Positions 63,285 to 64,000 of a DNA stretch of 64,000 nucleotides are shown here, in pieces. The notes beneath the pieces were generated by a model. The model searched no databases. It saw only the letters and a list, made by a program, of their open reading frames with translations, and had not been told where the DNA came from. The translations under genes were made by a program, and so were the position numbers. Every line of letters starts with the position of its first letter. The stretch's first letter is position 1. The stretch spans positions 7,696,954-7,760,953 of the forward strand of contig CM120644.1 in NCBI GenBank assembly GCA_051362555.1. The letters run 5' to 3'. The DNA is from Lingula anatina. Its lineage: Eukaryota > Animalia > Brachiopoda.

Positions 63285-64000
63285 CAAATTAACCCTCAAT
63301 CACCTTTCAGGGGCCTCGCAGGCCCGGACCCATGTATCTTTTGCTCTCTCTTCGTTCGCATGAGGTTTTGAGCCTGTTCCTTTCATGTAATCCTCAAGCA
63401 ACTTATACCCCATCAATGGGTAAATAATTAGTTTTGAAATAATTTACAACATATGTAGAAATTAACTTTTCCAAAAGTTAGTCCCATTTCCTGGAAACCG
63501 GGCCTCTGAGGCCCGGTCGCTTGATAATTTTACTTCCACATGGGATAAGTAAGTCCATGTTACCTCAAATAGCTTTGCTATAAAATGTTTTACACAAGCA
63601 ATATCATGTGTGCTATGACTATCAGTATGGTCAATGAAATCTGCCTGTGAAAGACCTGGAGAAATAATTATTTATGAGTAATCGGTCACCTTGGTCACCT
63701 GATATGCAGATATGTAATATCATTATTACATACCTGATAGACTGCTCTACCTTTGCGAAACTTTCCATTTTGAGAAAAAAAAAACGTTTTTCATACACAG
63801 TGTATACTCATGCACCCAGGTGGAGGTAAAGCGAGCAAGGGACTGGTGTAACATGAAAATCTGACTCCCCCAGTCAGATTTTCATAATGAAAATCTGACT
63901 CCCCATGAAAATTTGACTCCCCCTCCACAAATGTTCATAAATCTTATTTTATTTGAGTATATGACTGTGATATTGTAGTATGTAAAATGGAGGATACTTT

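Noticed and set aside
63852-63923. ATGAAAATCTGACTCCCC repeats with a short palindrome
   Set aside because: Probably the end of a repeat element running off the window; too little context.

Overview
AT-rich, intron-containing animal genomic DNA (invertebrate-like; GT-AG introns, microsatellites, MITEs). Manual splicing on both strands gives seven genes: (1) a + strand matrix-type protein with a divergent chitin-binding-like N-terminal module, 13 single-exon thrombospondin type-1 repeats and a C-terminal mucin WxxW/CysD-like domain (3874-11937, 5' end unresolved); (2) a - strand ~1042-aa protein with a signal peptide, an acidic pro-region and three tandem protein-kinase domains with no transmembrane segment (15728-23009); (3) a GT11 alpha-1,2-fucosyltransferase-like gene with altered motifs (38703-40345); (4,5) two small uncharacterised head-to-head genes that may be divergent paralogues (42291-43971 and 44487-46220); (6) UBE3D (47499-52655); (7) an HCN-type cyclic-nucleotide-gated channel (53719-60259). 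The channel's pore-loop+S6 exon is tandemly duplicated (filters SIGYG and TIGYG) with only 45 nt between the copies, which suggests mutually exclusive, swappable pores. A decayed Tc1 element with perfect TIRs, several MITEs, a Helentron/DINE-like element and tandem duplications are also present. The two strongest candidates for something new are the swappable-pore HCN channel and the apparently secreted triple kinase. All gene models come from reading frames and splice signals only; no database or expression evidence was available.
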